This document shows positions 1 through 7,659 of a DNA stretch of 24,005 nucleotides, piece after piece; position 1 is the first letter of the stretch, and every line of letters starts with the position of its first letter. Both the position numbers and the translations under genes were made by a program. Source of the DNA: a virus. Its lineage: Duplodnaviria > Caudoviricetes. The stretch lies in IMG/VR virus record IMGVR_UViG_3300016722_000014, positions 1 to 24,005 of that record; one strand, 5' to 3'. The notes beneath the pieces are model-generated. The model did no database searches. It saw nothing but the letters and a program-made list of their open reading frames with translations, and had not been told where the DNA came from.

Positions 1-1
1 A

Positions 2-70
2 CACAGGGGGCTGCAGTTCATCGCGACTAGAACGGACAACTCGGGATAGTTGACTATTAACTATCTGTGA
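2..70 (+). CDS. 3' end of upstream gene, probably a phage AAA/SMC-like ATPase (partial); in-frame TAG at 47-49
   Basis: Frame 2 reads HRGLQFIATRTDNSG*LTINYL*. GLQFIATRT resembles the C-terminus of ATPases that typically precede PD-(D/E)XK exonuclease genes in Firmicutes phages. Only 23 codons are visible. Confidence 0.5.
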
Positions 71-77
71 GGCAGCT

Positions 78-614
78 ATGGATGGAATTTGTATTACTGG
101 TTACGGCGGGAAATACACAATATTCCCGGATGGAAATGTTGTTCGGAACCCGAGCAAATATCGAAAAACAACCATGACGCTAAAGCCAAAAAAAGGAAGA
201 TACCTACGCGTTGCTTTGTACGGAGCATCTGGAAGGCGTGAGTTTTCAATCCACAGGCTTGTCGCAATGCATTTTGTCCCAAACCCACTCAATCTTCCAT
301 GGGTTAATCACATTGACGGGAATACGCACAACAACAGGGCGAGCAATTTGGAATGGGTGACGCCATCTGAAAACGAGATTCACTCAATCGCGGTTCTGGG
401 CAGGGTTCGGAATACCCAAAAGCAAAGAAGCGCCGCATCACTTTGCGGAAAGAACAAGCGGAAGCTATCCATGGAAGACGCTGAACATGTTCGACAACTA
501 TCGCGCACAGAGCCGAGAAAGTTGTTGGCAAAACGATTCGGAGTATCCCTGAGCGTTATTGATTGTATCGTAACTGGAAAGCGCTACAAGCAGAAAGAAG
601 AGATGCAAATATGA
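78..614 (+). CDS. Free-standing HNH homing endonuclease (NUMOD4-like N-terminus, HNH core, C-terminal HTH-like domain)
   Basis: IHRLVAMHFVPNP..VNHIDGNTHNNRASNLEWVTPSENEIH is the canonical phage HNH motif; N-terminal GYGGKYTIFPDGNV; C-terminal LAKRFGVSLSVIDCIV; GAGG upstream of the ATG. Confidence 0.9.
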   Translation: MDGICITGYGGKYTIFPDGNVVRNPSKYRKTTMTLKPKKGRYLRVALYGASGRREFSIHRLVAMHFVPNPLNLPWVNHIDGNTHNNRASNLEWVTPSENEIHSIAVLGRVRNTQKQRSAASLCGKNKRKLSMEDAEHVRQLSRTEPRKLLAKRFGVSLSVIDCIVTGKRYKQKEEMQI

Positions 615-1441
615 ATTTGACCGCCGAGAACTATTTTTCGCAGGAAGCCAACCGCGCCTATTTCAGCGTAAGCCAATTCAAGTCATTCCTGGATTGTGAG
701 GCTATGGCTCTGGCTGAAATCAGCGGCGAGTACCGGCGCGAAGAAACCACGTCGCTGCTGGTTGGTAGCTACGTGGATGCGCATTTCAGCCGGACGCTTG
801 ACCTGTTTCGGGCACAGCACCCCGCCCTGTACACACAAAAAGGTACGCTCAAGAGCGAGTTCCAGCAGGCCGAGGAGATCATTGCCCGAATTGAGCGCGA
901 TCATCTCGCCTCGCTGCTGCTGGAAGGGGACAAGCAAACGATTCTGACGGGAGAGATCGAGGGCGTTCCGTTCAAGTGCAAGCCGGATATTTTACTAAGC
1001 CCCGTCCAGTGCGCCGCGATCGCCGCAGAGTTCCCCGACATGAGCGAGCTAATGCTATCAGGCGGGGCGATTGTCGACATGAAAATCATGCGCGACTTCC
1101 AACCCCTGTACCGCGATGGCGAGGGGAAACTGAATTTCATCGACTTTTGGAAATACGATTTGCAGTTGGCCTATTACCAGCGTTTGGTTGCCCAACATAA
1201 CGGCGGTGAGCTTTTCCCGTGCTACATCCTTGCGGCGACCAAGGAAAAAGTTCCGGACATTGGACTTTTCCGGCTCCCCCAATCGCAACTGGATACGGCC
1301 TATGAAATCTATACCGAGCGACTGCCCCGTGCCGTTGCGGTAAAAAACGGCTCCGAGCTGCCCGAACGGTGCGATGAATGCGATTACTGCAAGCAAACCA
1401 AAGTGCTCACCTGTGGGCAGTATTTGGGGGACTGGGCGTAA
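611..1441 (+). CDS. PD-(D/E)XK exonuclease-like protein (DUF3799 / exonuclease VIII-like)
   Basis: Start placed at ATG 611 (ATGA overlap). Motifs MNLTAENYFSQEA..YFSVSQFKSF, FKCKPDIL, IVDMKIM, YDLQLAYYQ and C-terminal CDECDYC. Confidence 0.85.
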   Translation: MNLTAENYFSQEANRAYFSVSQFKSFLDCEAMALAEISGEYRREETTSLLVGSYVDAHFSRTLDLFRAQHPALYTQKGTLKSEFQQAEEIIARIERDHLASLLLEGDKQTILTGEIEGVPFKCKPDILLSPVQCAAIAAEFPDMSELMLSGGAIVDMKIMRDFQPLYRDGEGKLNFIDFWKYDLQLAYYQRLVAQHNGGELFPCYILAATKEKVPDIGLFRLPQSQLDTAYEIYTERLPRAVAVKNGSELPERCDECDYCKQTKVLTCGQYLGDWA

Positions 1442-1908
1442 TGCAGAAGGTTGTGCAGGTGGACACGCGCGAGCAAAAAAACCACGTCACGCGCTACCTG
1501 AACGCCCGCAACATCCCCAACGTGCGCTGTAAAGTTTACGTTGGGGATTATACCCTGCTAGGCGATCAGAGCGTTTGCGTCGACCGCAAACAGCACTTGC
1601 AAGAGGTTTGCGGCAATCTATGCCAACAGCATGTAAGGTTCCGCGCCGAACTGGAGCGGGCAAGGGCGGCTGGAATCAAAATGGTAATCCTGATCGAACA
1701 CGGCGGCGAGATCAAAACGCTTGCAGACGTTCGCGGCTGGGAGAACCCGCGCCTGAAAACCTCGCCACTGGCAATGTCGGGCGAGGCGATGCACAAGCGC
1801 ATGGTAACAATTCAAAACAAATATGGCGTTGAGTGGATGTTTTGCCGGAAAACTGAAACCGGGGCTAAAATCTGTGAACTGCTTGGGATTGAAACACAGG
1901 AGGGATGA
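1441..1908 (+). CDS. ERCC4-domain nuclease (putative resolvase)
   Basis: TAATG overlap; VDTREQK, VGDY, VDRKQHLQE and RFRAELERA..MVILIEHG match the phage ERCC4 family pattern. Confidence 0.85.
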   Translation: MQKVVQVDTREQKNHVTRYLNARNIPNVRCKVYVGDYTLLGDQSVCVDRKQHLQEVCGNLCQQHVRFRAELERARAAGIKMVILIEHGGEIKTLADVRGWENPRLKTSPLAMSGEAMHKRMVTIQNKYGVEWMFCRKTETGAKICELLGIETQEG

Positions 1909-1911
1909 AAT

Positions 1912-2325
1912 ACGAACAAACTTACGATTATAGGCAATTTGGTTCGTGACCCGGAAACCAGAACCGTACAATCAGGAAATACGGTGTGTACGTTCACGGT
2001 TGCCGTAAATCGCCGAAAAGTATCGCAAAACCCGAACCAGCCCGAAGCCGACTTCTTCAAGGTTTCTGCTTGGGATAAGCTTGGTGAGAACTGCCAGAAA
2101 TACCTAGCCAAAGGCCGAAAGGTTGCGGTTATTGGCGCGGTATCGGTCAGCAGTTACGAGGCCAAAGACGGAACCGGGAAACGTTTCTCGCTGGACATTC
2201 GCGCCGAGGATGTTGAGTTCCTGTCTGCAAAATCTGATGCGGCGGCACCGACTTACAGCGACGCGAAGGAGCCAAGCGCGGCAGATGGGTTCACCGAGGT
2301 TGCCGACGATGACTTGCCGTTTTGA
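1912..2325 (+). CDS. ssb: Single-stranded DNA-binding protein (apparent ACG start)
   Basis: Frame reads (ACG)NKLTIIGNLVRDPETR..FTVAVNR..ADFFKVSAW..YLAKGRKVAVIG and ends in the acidic tail DDDLPF; AGGAGG at 1898-1903. Confidence 0.93.
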   Translation, partial: TNKLTIIGNLVRDPETRTVQSGNTVCTFTVAVNRRKVSQNPNQPEADFFKVSAWDKLGENCQKYLAKGRKVAVIGAVSVSSYEAKDGTGKRFSLDIRAEDVEFLSAKSDAAAPTYSDAKEPSAADGFTEVADDDLPF

Positions 2326-2334
2326 GGATAGCGT

Positions 2335-2943
2335 ATGACCCGCAAAGCTGACGCGATCAAGGAGCGCGTGACAGTCAGACAGGCCGCAGAAATGTACGGA
2401 CTTCCGTTCGACCGGGCGGGGTGGGCGAAATGCCCACTCCACTCCGACCGCCGTCCCAGCCTTATGCTGTATGACGGGGCGCGGGGTTGGCACTGTTTTC
2501 AGTGCGGGGCGGGTGGTAGCGTGATTGATCTGGTGATGGCGCTCAAAAACATCGCTTGCGACCAGGCTATGGTGCGGCTGGATTCTGACTTTAACCTTGG
2601 CATTGTTGGACGCAAACCAACACCTTACCAGCGAGCGCTAGAAGCCCATCAGGAGCGGCAACGCCGGGAACGTGCGCGGCTGGATGCAATCAATCAGGAA
2701 CGCGCAGAAGCGGAATATGACGCGGCATTCCGCTGGTGGCTGGTGCTGCGGCGCACAATCGACCAATTCCGACCGCGCGACCCGGCGCAGGATTTTAACC
2801 CGCTGTGGGCATACGCTCAACAGCACATCAACGCGGCATACGATACAGTTTGCCGCACAGAGGATCGGGTGAAAATGTGGAAGAACCAAGCAAATCAAAC
2901 GTCCGCAACCTTGTGCCCGAATGGGAACATGACGACTTCCTGA
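2335..2943 (+). CDS. CHC2 zinc-finger protein (DnaG-type zinc-binding domain, no TOPRIM domain seen)
   Basis: CPLHSDRRPS..WHCFQCGAGGSVIDLV motif followed by a charged helical region; GAGG upstream. Confidence 0.85.
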   Translation: MTRKADAIKERVTVRQAAEMYGLPFDRAGWAKCPLHSDRRPSLMLYDGARGWHCFQCGAGGSVIDLVMALKNIACDQAMVRLDSDFNLGIVGRKPTPYQRALEAHQERQRRERARLDAINQERAEAEYDAAFRWWLVLRRTIDQFRPRDPAQDFNPLWAYAQQHINAAYDTVCRTEDRVKMWKNQANQTSATLCPNGNMTTS

Positions 2944-4736
2944 CGAACGCCCCACTGGAATGGCTGTATGCGTTTCACAGCGACCCGGTCAAGCAGCGGC
3001 AAATGCTTGTGCTGGTGACGGAAAAAGCCGCATCCGTTGGCATCAAATCGTTTCGCGCCATATGGACGGACTACCTGAAACAACTTCGGGCGACACGGGA
3101 AGACCCGGAGGATCACGTTACGCAGTTTGAGGGGCAGCCGATCGAACTATCGTGCGGCATATACGCCTGTTCCGATCTAGGGATATACGGCGTAAATAAC
3201 TACGGCACTGTCGACGTTTGCACCCACCCAATCATGCCGGTACGTAGGCTGATTAACATCGATACGGGCGAGGTCAAGCAGGAAATCGCATACAGGCGCG
3301 GCAAGCGGTGGCGAACGGTTATCTTCGACAAACAGACCCTATCCAGCGCACAGAAGATTGTCGGCCTGTCCTCCTACGGCATCGGCGTAGACAGCGAGAA
3401 CGCAAAGGATATGGTGCGCTACTTGTCGGCAATGGAGAATCTGAACTATGACCAGCTACCGGAAGCGTCCAGCGTTGGGCGGCTAGGCTGGGTGGAGGGA
3501 CACGGATTCAGCCCATACGTGGATAACCTGGTCTTTGATGGCGACGATAAATATCGGCACATGTTTAACAGCGTTTGCGCTCACGGCAAACTGGATGCGT
3601 GGATGGATGTTGCCAAGGCGGTTCGGGCGGGAAACAGTATTGTTGCCCGGTGCATGTTGGCGGCAAGCTTCGCCAGTGTACTGGTCGCCCCGATGGACGC
3701 GCTGCCCTTCATGGTGCATGTTTGGGGCGGTGCGGGCGCAGGAAAAACCGTCGGCCTGATGCTTGCAGCCAGCGTGTGGGCGGCTCCAAGCGTGGGCGAC
3801 TACTGCAAGTCGTTCAACTCGACCGACGTTGCCAGCGAATTACAGGCGGCATTCTGTGGCAACCTGCCCTTGTGTCTGGATGAATTGCAGGTGCAGAAGG
3901 AACGCAAGGACTTTGACAAGTTGATTTACATGTTGTGCGAGGGCGTAGGGCGCAATCGTGGCGCAAAAACAGGCGGCTTGCAACGCACACCCACGTGGCG
4001 CAACTGTACGATCAGCACGGGCGAACAACCAATAACCAACGGCAACAGCGGAGCGGGCGCGGTCAATCGCGTGATCGACCTAAATTGCGGGGACGAAAAG
4101 CTGTTTGAGGATCCGCGTTCGGTCGTGGCAATTCTGACGCGCAATTATGGCCACGCGGGGAAAAAATTCGTTGCCGCACTGTCAGACGAAACTACGCTTG
4201 AAACGGTGCGCAACATCCAGCAGGCTATGTATGAGCAACTTTCCGGGAAATCGACAGACAAACAAGCTCTTGCCGCATCCCTGATTCTGACCGCCGATGC
4301 GGTTGCCGAAATGGTGCTGTTTGAAGATGGGAAATCCCTGACGGTTTCCGACATTCTCCCCTTTCTGACCACCAGCGCACAGGCCGACGCGAACCGACGG
4401 GCATATAACTGGCTGATGGACACGATAGCCAGCAATCCGGGACGGTTTCAGACGAACAATTTCAACGAGTACGTCGGGGAATGCTGGGGCGCGGTCAGCG
4501 AACAAGAAGGCCGGGCGTACATCATCAAGAGCGTGTTCGACCGGCTGATGGGCGATGCGGGGTATAGTGCGGAATCGTTCTTGAGTTGGGCAAAACGGCA
4601 GGGATTGCTCAAATTATCCGGTGGACATAACACGATTTTAAAGCGGATAAAGGCTTTGCCCGTTGCCATGCGATGCGTCGCGATCACGACCAATCAGGAC
4701 GAGGAAGGCGGAACAATCGTTGACAATGATGTGTAA
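2877..4736 (+). CDS. DUF927-type replicative helicase / replication ATPase
   Basis: Walker A GGAGAGKT, Walker B LCLDELQ, GVGRNRG, W..CTISTGE, GAVNRVID; N-terminal GRLGW..F.PY segment typical of DUF927. GTG 2877 is the inferred start. Confidence 0.8.
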   Translation: MEEPSKSNVRNLVPEWEHDDFLTNAPLEWLYAFHSDPVKQRQMLVLVTEKAASVGIKSFRAIWTDYLKQLRATREDPEDHVTQFEGQPIELSCGIYACSDLGIYGVNNYGTVDVCTHPIMPVRRLINIDTGEVKQEIAYRRGKRWRTVIFDKQTLSSAQKIVGLSSYGIGVDSENAKDMVRYLSAMENLNYDQLPEASSVGRLGWVEGHGFSPYVDNLVFDGDDKYRHMFNSVCAHGKLDAWMDVAKAVRAGNSIVARCMLAASFASVLVAPMDALPFMVHVWGGAGAGKTVGLMLAASVWAAPSVGDYCKSFNSTDVASELQAAFCGNLPLCLDELQVQKERKDFDKLIYMLCEGVGRNRGAKTGGLQRTPTWRNCTISTGEQPITNGNSGAGAVNRVIDLNCGDEKLFEDPRSVVAILTRNYGHAGKKFVAALSDETTLETVRNIQQAMYEQLSGKSTDKQALAASLILTADAVAEMVLFEDGKSLTVSDILPFLTTSAQADANRRAYNWLMDTIASNPGRFQTNNFNEYVGECWGAVSEQEGRAYIIKSVFDRLMGDAGYSAESFLSWAKRQGLLKLSGGHNTILKRIKALPVAMRCVAITTNQDEEGGTIVDNDV

Positions 4737-4745
4737 TCTGGTCAT

Positions 4746-5011
4746 TGTAACCGCCTGTAACCGCCTAAAATTGAATGCGGTTACTCTGAAATCCTTATGG
4801 CATAAGGTTTGTAACCGTGTAACCGCCTGTAACCGCCTTTTTGATACACATATATACTACGTGAAAATAAAACTGACGGAATCAATTTATTTTCTCTCGC
4901 GCGTAGAAACAAAAAATAGGCGGTTACAGCGGTTACAGCGGTTACAAGTCAATAAAGTAAAGGGTTTCGAAAACGGGCAAGCGGTTACAAAAGCGGTTAC
5001 AGGCGGTTACA
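4746..5011. repeat. Iteron array, putative replication origin
   Basis: TGTAACCG(CC) at 4746, 4756, 4810, 4818, 4828; inverted GCGGTTAC(A) at 4777, 4920, 4929, 4938, 4981, 4993, 5003; AT-rich core 4838-4918; lies directly after the helicase stop. Confidence 0.85.
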
Positions 5012-5056
5012 AAACGCGCAAAATCATGCGCGTAGAGACGGAAAGGACGGAATTGT

Positions 5057-5380
5057 ATGACGCTTAACGAATACCAGTCACTTGCCCAGCGTACCAGCGG
5101 TAACGCGCTGCCGAGCAACAAGATCGAGAACGGTATCCTCGGTCTGTCCGGTGAAACTGGCGAGTGCGCAGACATCTACAAGAAATACATGTACCAAGGT
5201 CATGAGTTTGACCGCGAAGCGATGATAGCGGAATTGGGTGACGTGCTCTGGTACGTCTCGGAACTGGCTTCGGGGCTGGGCGCAACGCTGGAAGAAATCG
5301 CGGAGAGGAACATTGAAAAACTGTACAAACGGTACCCAGACGGGTTTGCGACCGAACGAAGCGTGAATAGGGAGGGTTGA
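5057..5380 (+). CDS. MazG-like nucleotide pyrophosphohydrolase
   Basis: MTLNEYQ..LGLSGETGECADIYKK..ELGDVLWYV..NIEKLYKRYPDGF is the typical phage MazG-like pattern. Confidence 0.9.
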   Translation: MTLNEYQSLAQRTSGNALPSNKIENGILGLSGETGECADIYKKYMYQGHEFDREAMIAELGDVLWYVSELASGLGATLEEIAERNIEKLYKRYPDGFATERSVNREG

Positions 5381-5382
5381 CG

Positions 5383-5955
5383 ATGGAACATAACCAGATC
5401 ACCAAGGAATGGATAGACCAGCAGCGGGAAAACATACAAAATGCCCATCGCCCGTTTTCTCCACAAAGGGAGACCGCAAGGGAGAGAATCATATTCTCCA
5501 CCCACGAAACCAGCATTAACGCACTGGAAGACAGCCTGAAGCGAGAGGCCGATAAGGACACGGAGATTGCGCGGCTGAAACGCTCGCTATCTGCTTCAAG
5601 GGCGTTTGGATCAAGGCTTGAAAATATCATTGGGAAGCGCAGGAAGGCCATTCTGGTTGACGCGCTACATTTCACAAACGCCGAGAATATCCGCCTGACC
5701 GCCGAGCGGGACGCGGAGAAGAAGCGGGCGGATGTAGCAGAGCACAAAATCTATGAAATTGCACACACTGGTTTATGCGGGGTGTGCGAGCAAAGTTTTT
5801 CTGTTTGTGATGGTCATGCACAAGAATGTGGAGAAGGATGCCCGCTAGTAAGTCTATTCGTTTGTGGAAACGTTTACGGCGGGATCGATCCAGATGAACC
5901 GTGCGTTTCAACAATCGACGCGCCCACCGGCGCAGAAAGCGAGGGAGCAGAATGA
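5383..5955 (+). CDS. Hypothetical protein (coiled coil plus Cys-rich C-terminus)
   Basis: GGGAGG RBS before ATG 5383; ATGA overlap with the next gene; CGVC..C..CGEGC..C..C cluster. Confidence 0.65.
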   Translation: MEHNQITKEWIDQQRENIQNAHRPFSPQRETARERIIFSTHETSINALEDSLKREADKDTEIARLKRSLSASRAFGSRLENIIGKRRKAILVDALHFTNAENIRLTAERDAEKKRADVAEHKIYEIAHTGLCGVCEQSFSVCDGHAQECGEGCPLVSLFVCGNVYGGIDPDEPCVSTIDAPTGAESEGAE

Positions 5956-6242
5956 GCAAGTGGAGAAAGAAGCCTGTCGTGATCGAGGCTTTTCTCTGGA
6001 CGGGCGGCCCAGACCAAACGGAGGACCCTGAATGGGTTATTGACGCGATGCACGCGGGGATTGTATCGTTTGAAAGCGTTGGGACGAAAGACTGCACAAT
6101 GCTGATTCACACACTTGAAGGCACTATGCGAGCGAACCAAGGCGATTATGTTATACGGGGTGTTAACAAGGAAATTTACCCATGCAAGCCGGACATATTC
6201 GAAAAGACCTATGAGAGGGCGGAAAGCGAGGGAGCCAGATGA
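5952..6242 (+). CDS. Conserved small phage protein (RKKPVVIEA..GDY..YPCKPDIFEKTYE family)
   Basis: ATG 5952 in an ATGA overlap; motifs WRKKPVVIEAF, IHTLEGTMRANQGDYVIRGV and YPCKPDIFEKTYE are recognisable from a widespread phage family. Confidence 0.8.
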   Translation: MSKWRKKPVVIEAFLWTGGPDQTEDPEWVIDAMHAGIVSFESVGTKDCTMLIHTLEGTMRANQGDYVIRGVNKEIYPCKPDIFEKTYERAESEGAR

Positions 6243-6391
6243 CTGAAATAGGGCAAGCCGCCAACAAGCTAGTTGACGCAGGGGTCGCAATGCTCCCGTT
6301 AGTTGGGATAATAACGACCGTCGCGTTTGCGGTCGTTGTGACAGTATTGCTTATCATGTTGCGGGTTGTGCATGACAGGCGCAGAAAGTGA
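6239..6391 (+). CDS. 50-aa single-pass membrane protein (absent from the ORF track)
   Basis: MTEIGQAANKLVDAGVAMLPLVGIITTVAFAVVVTVLLIMLRVVHDRRRK; GAGGGAG RBS, ATGA overlap, fills the gap between neighbours. Confidence 0.7.
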   Translation: MTEIGQAANKLVDAGVAMLPLVGIITTVAFAVVVTVLLIMLRVVHDRRRK

Positions 6392-6399
6392 GGCCGCCC

Positions 6400-6726
6400 A
6401 TGTCGAATGACTTCATCAGCCGGGAAGCGTTGGATGAATTGATGTCAACAATTGAACTACCAGAAGAAAGATACAGAGGCGACGAGAGTAATCGTGATAT
6501 GTTTTTCATGGGCATAAACGACGCATGGGAAGCCATTGATCGGTTACCTGCCGCTGACGTTTCTCCGGTAGTCCGATGCGGAGAGTGCATACATAGGGTC
6601 AACATGGAGCACAGCATGGATAACAAAGAGATTTGCTGTGGACGAATGGCAATGAGGGTTATGGCTCTGGATGATTATTGCAGCCACGGTGTGCGCATTG
6701 ACGGAGGAAAACACCATGCCGAATGA
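6400..6726 (+). CDS. Hypothetical phage protein with zinc-binding C-terminus
   Basis: MSNDFISREAL..IDRLPAADVSPVVRCGEC..C..DDYCSHG is a pattern common in Clostridia phage early regions. Confidence 0.75.
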   Translation: MSNDFISREALDELMSTIELPEERYRGDESNRDMFFMGINDAWEAIDRLPAADVSPVVRCGECIHRVNMEHSMDNKEICCGRMAMRVMALDDYCSHGVRIDGGKHHAE

Positions 6727-6931
6727 GCTGAACCCGTGCGTGAAGTGCGGAGGGAAACCCTTCCGCGAAAATGGCTGTAAAGATGATCGTGAGAACGATT
6801 TTTGGACGATGGCAAGAGTTTATTTTTGTACGTGCGGGAAGTGCGGTAACTACGAGTATGGGTATACCCGTAAAGATTCCGACGCGGCATGGAACGCCGC
6901 CAACCCGAAGGAGAGTGCACCAAGTGAGTAA
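6716..6931 (+). CDS. Lar-like (restriction alleviation) zinc-ribbon protein
   Basis: GGAGG RBS; MPNELNPCVKCGGKP..CGKCG..AAWN fits the Lar pattern LxPCPxCG..CxxC..AWN. Confidence 0.6.
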   Translation: MPNELNPCVKCGGKPFRENGCKDDRENDFWTMARVYFCTCGKCGNYEYGYTRKDSDAAWNAANPKESAPSE

Positions 6932-7010
6932 GCATGACGCTATAATTGTTGTCTTGTACGGATGGCTATTCCTGATTGCCATTATTGTAATTTGGAGGAC
7001 AATGAAATGA
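6924..7010 (+). CDS. 28-aa hydrophobic membrane peptide
   Basis: AAGGAG at 6908-6913, GTG 6924; MSKHDAIIVVLYGWLFLIAIIVIWRTMK; ATGA overlap with the next gene. Confidence 0.55.
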   Translation: MSKHDAIIVVLYGWLFLIAIIVIWRTMK

Positions 7011-7384
7011 GTGACGAACGCAAGCCGGTGATATGCCCGTGGTGCGGGTGGGAAATGGTTGCCAGAGAGGGGCAAGACATCTTTCATGGGAAGTATAGCG
7101 CATACGTGTGCGATGTGTGCGAAGCCGTTTCGCCGATTGCCTATTCGGAAGATGCCGCCTACGCCGCCGCAAACGCCACCCCGCCGAACAGGCCGATGGA
7201 TTATAAAACGATCTACAACCTGACGGATAGAGAACCAGTGTGGAGAGTTGACAAGGATGATGATGTGATTGTGCTTGGTGGGTACAACGCATGGAGAAAA
7301 TACGACGCTGTAAGATACTTGTACTTTGCCGCCAACCCATCACCCGCCGACATCGATGCGGCGAGAAAGGAGGGCGACGCATGA
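7007..7384 (+). CDS. Zinc-ribbon (Lar-like N-terminus) hypothetical protein
   Basis: GGAGG RBS; MSDERKPVICPWCG..YVCDVCEAVSP followed by an extra C-terminal segment. Confidence 0.6.
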   Translation: MSDERKPVICPWCGWEMVAREGQDIFHGKYSAYVCDVCEAVSPIAYSEDAAYAAANATPPNRPMDYKTIYNLTDREPVWRVDKDDDVIVLGGYNAWRKYDAVRYLYFAANPSPADIDAARKEGDA

Positions 7385-7659
7385 ACGAGCAATTTCTAGC
7401 CGCAGCCGTTGTTGAACAAGCCGTCACAGATTGGAAATGGGCGATAGCTCCAACCAGCCCGCAAAAAAAAGACTTTATCGGGGCTGTGTGCGCGAAGCGA
7501 ACACGGTTGAATGAACTGCGCAGGTTCTTAATGGGAAATAACGCGGATCTGTTTAGCGGCGGACAGGCAAAAGCCATCCTAGCCATGCTCGAGAAAGAAT
7601 ACATGGCCTCGAAAGGACGATTACAGATCGAGGCATACGAAAGGGGCGAGATCGGTTGA
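7381..7659 (+). CDS. Hypothetical phage protein
   Basis: AAGGAGG RBS, ATGA overlap; LAAAVVEQAVTDW..ELRRF resembles a small helical family often found just before late regulators. Confidence 0.7.
   Translation: MNEQFLAAAVVEQAVTDWKWAIAPTSPQKKDFIGAVCAKRTRLNELRRFLMGNNADLFSGGQAKAILAMLEKEYMASKGRLQIEAYERGEIG

Noticed and set aside
78-614. Group I intron around the HNH gene
   Set aside because: The ORF abuts both neighbours, leaving no room for a ribozyme core, and the downstream gene is intact.
4746-5011. Possible CRISPR array
   Set aside because: Repeats are 8-10 bp, occur in both orientations and are mostly abutting, with no regular unique spacers and no cas genes.
4663-5067. 134-aa + strand ORF with repeated VTACNRL and RLQRLQ
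   Set aside because: It is a translation of the iteron array; no RBS or protein-like content.
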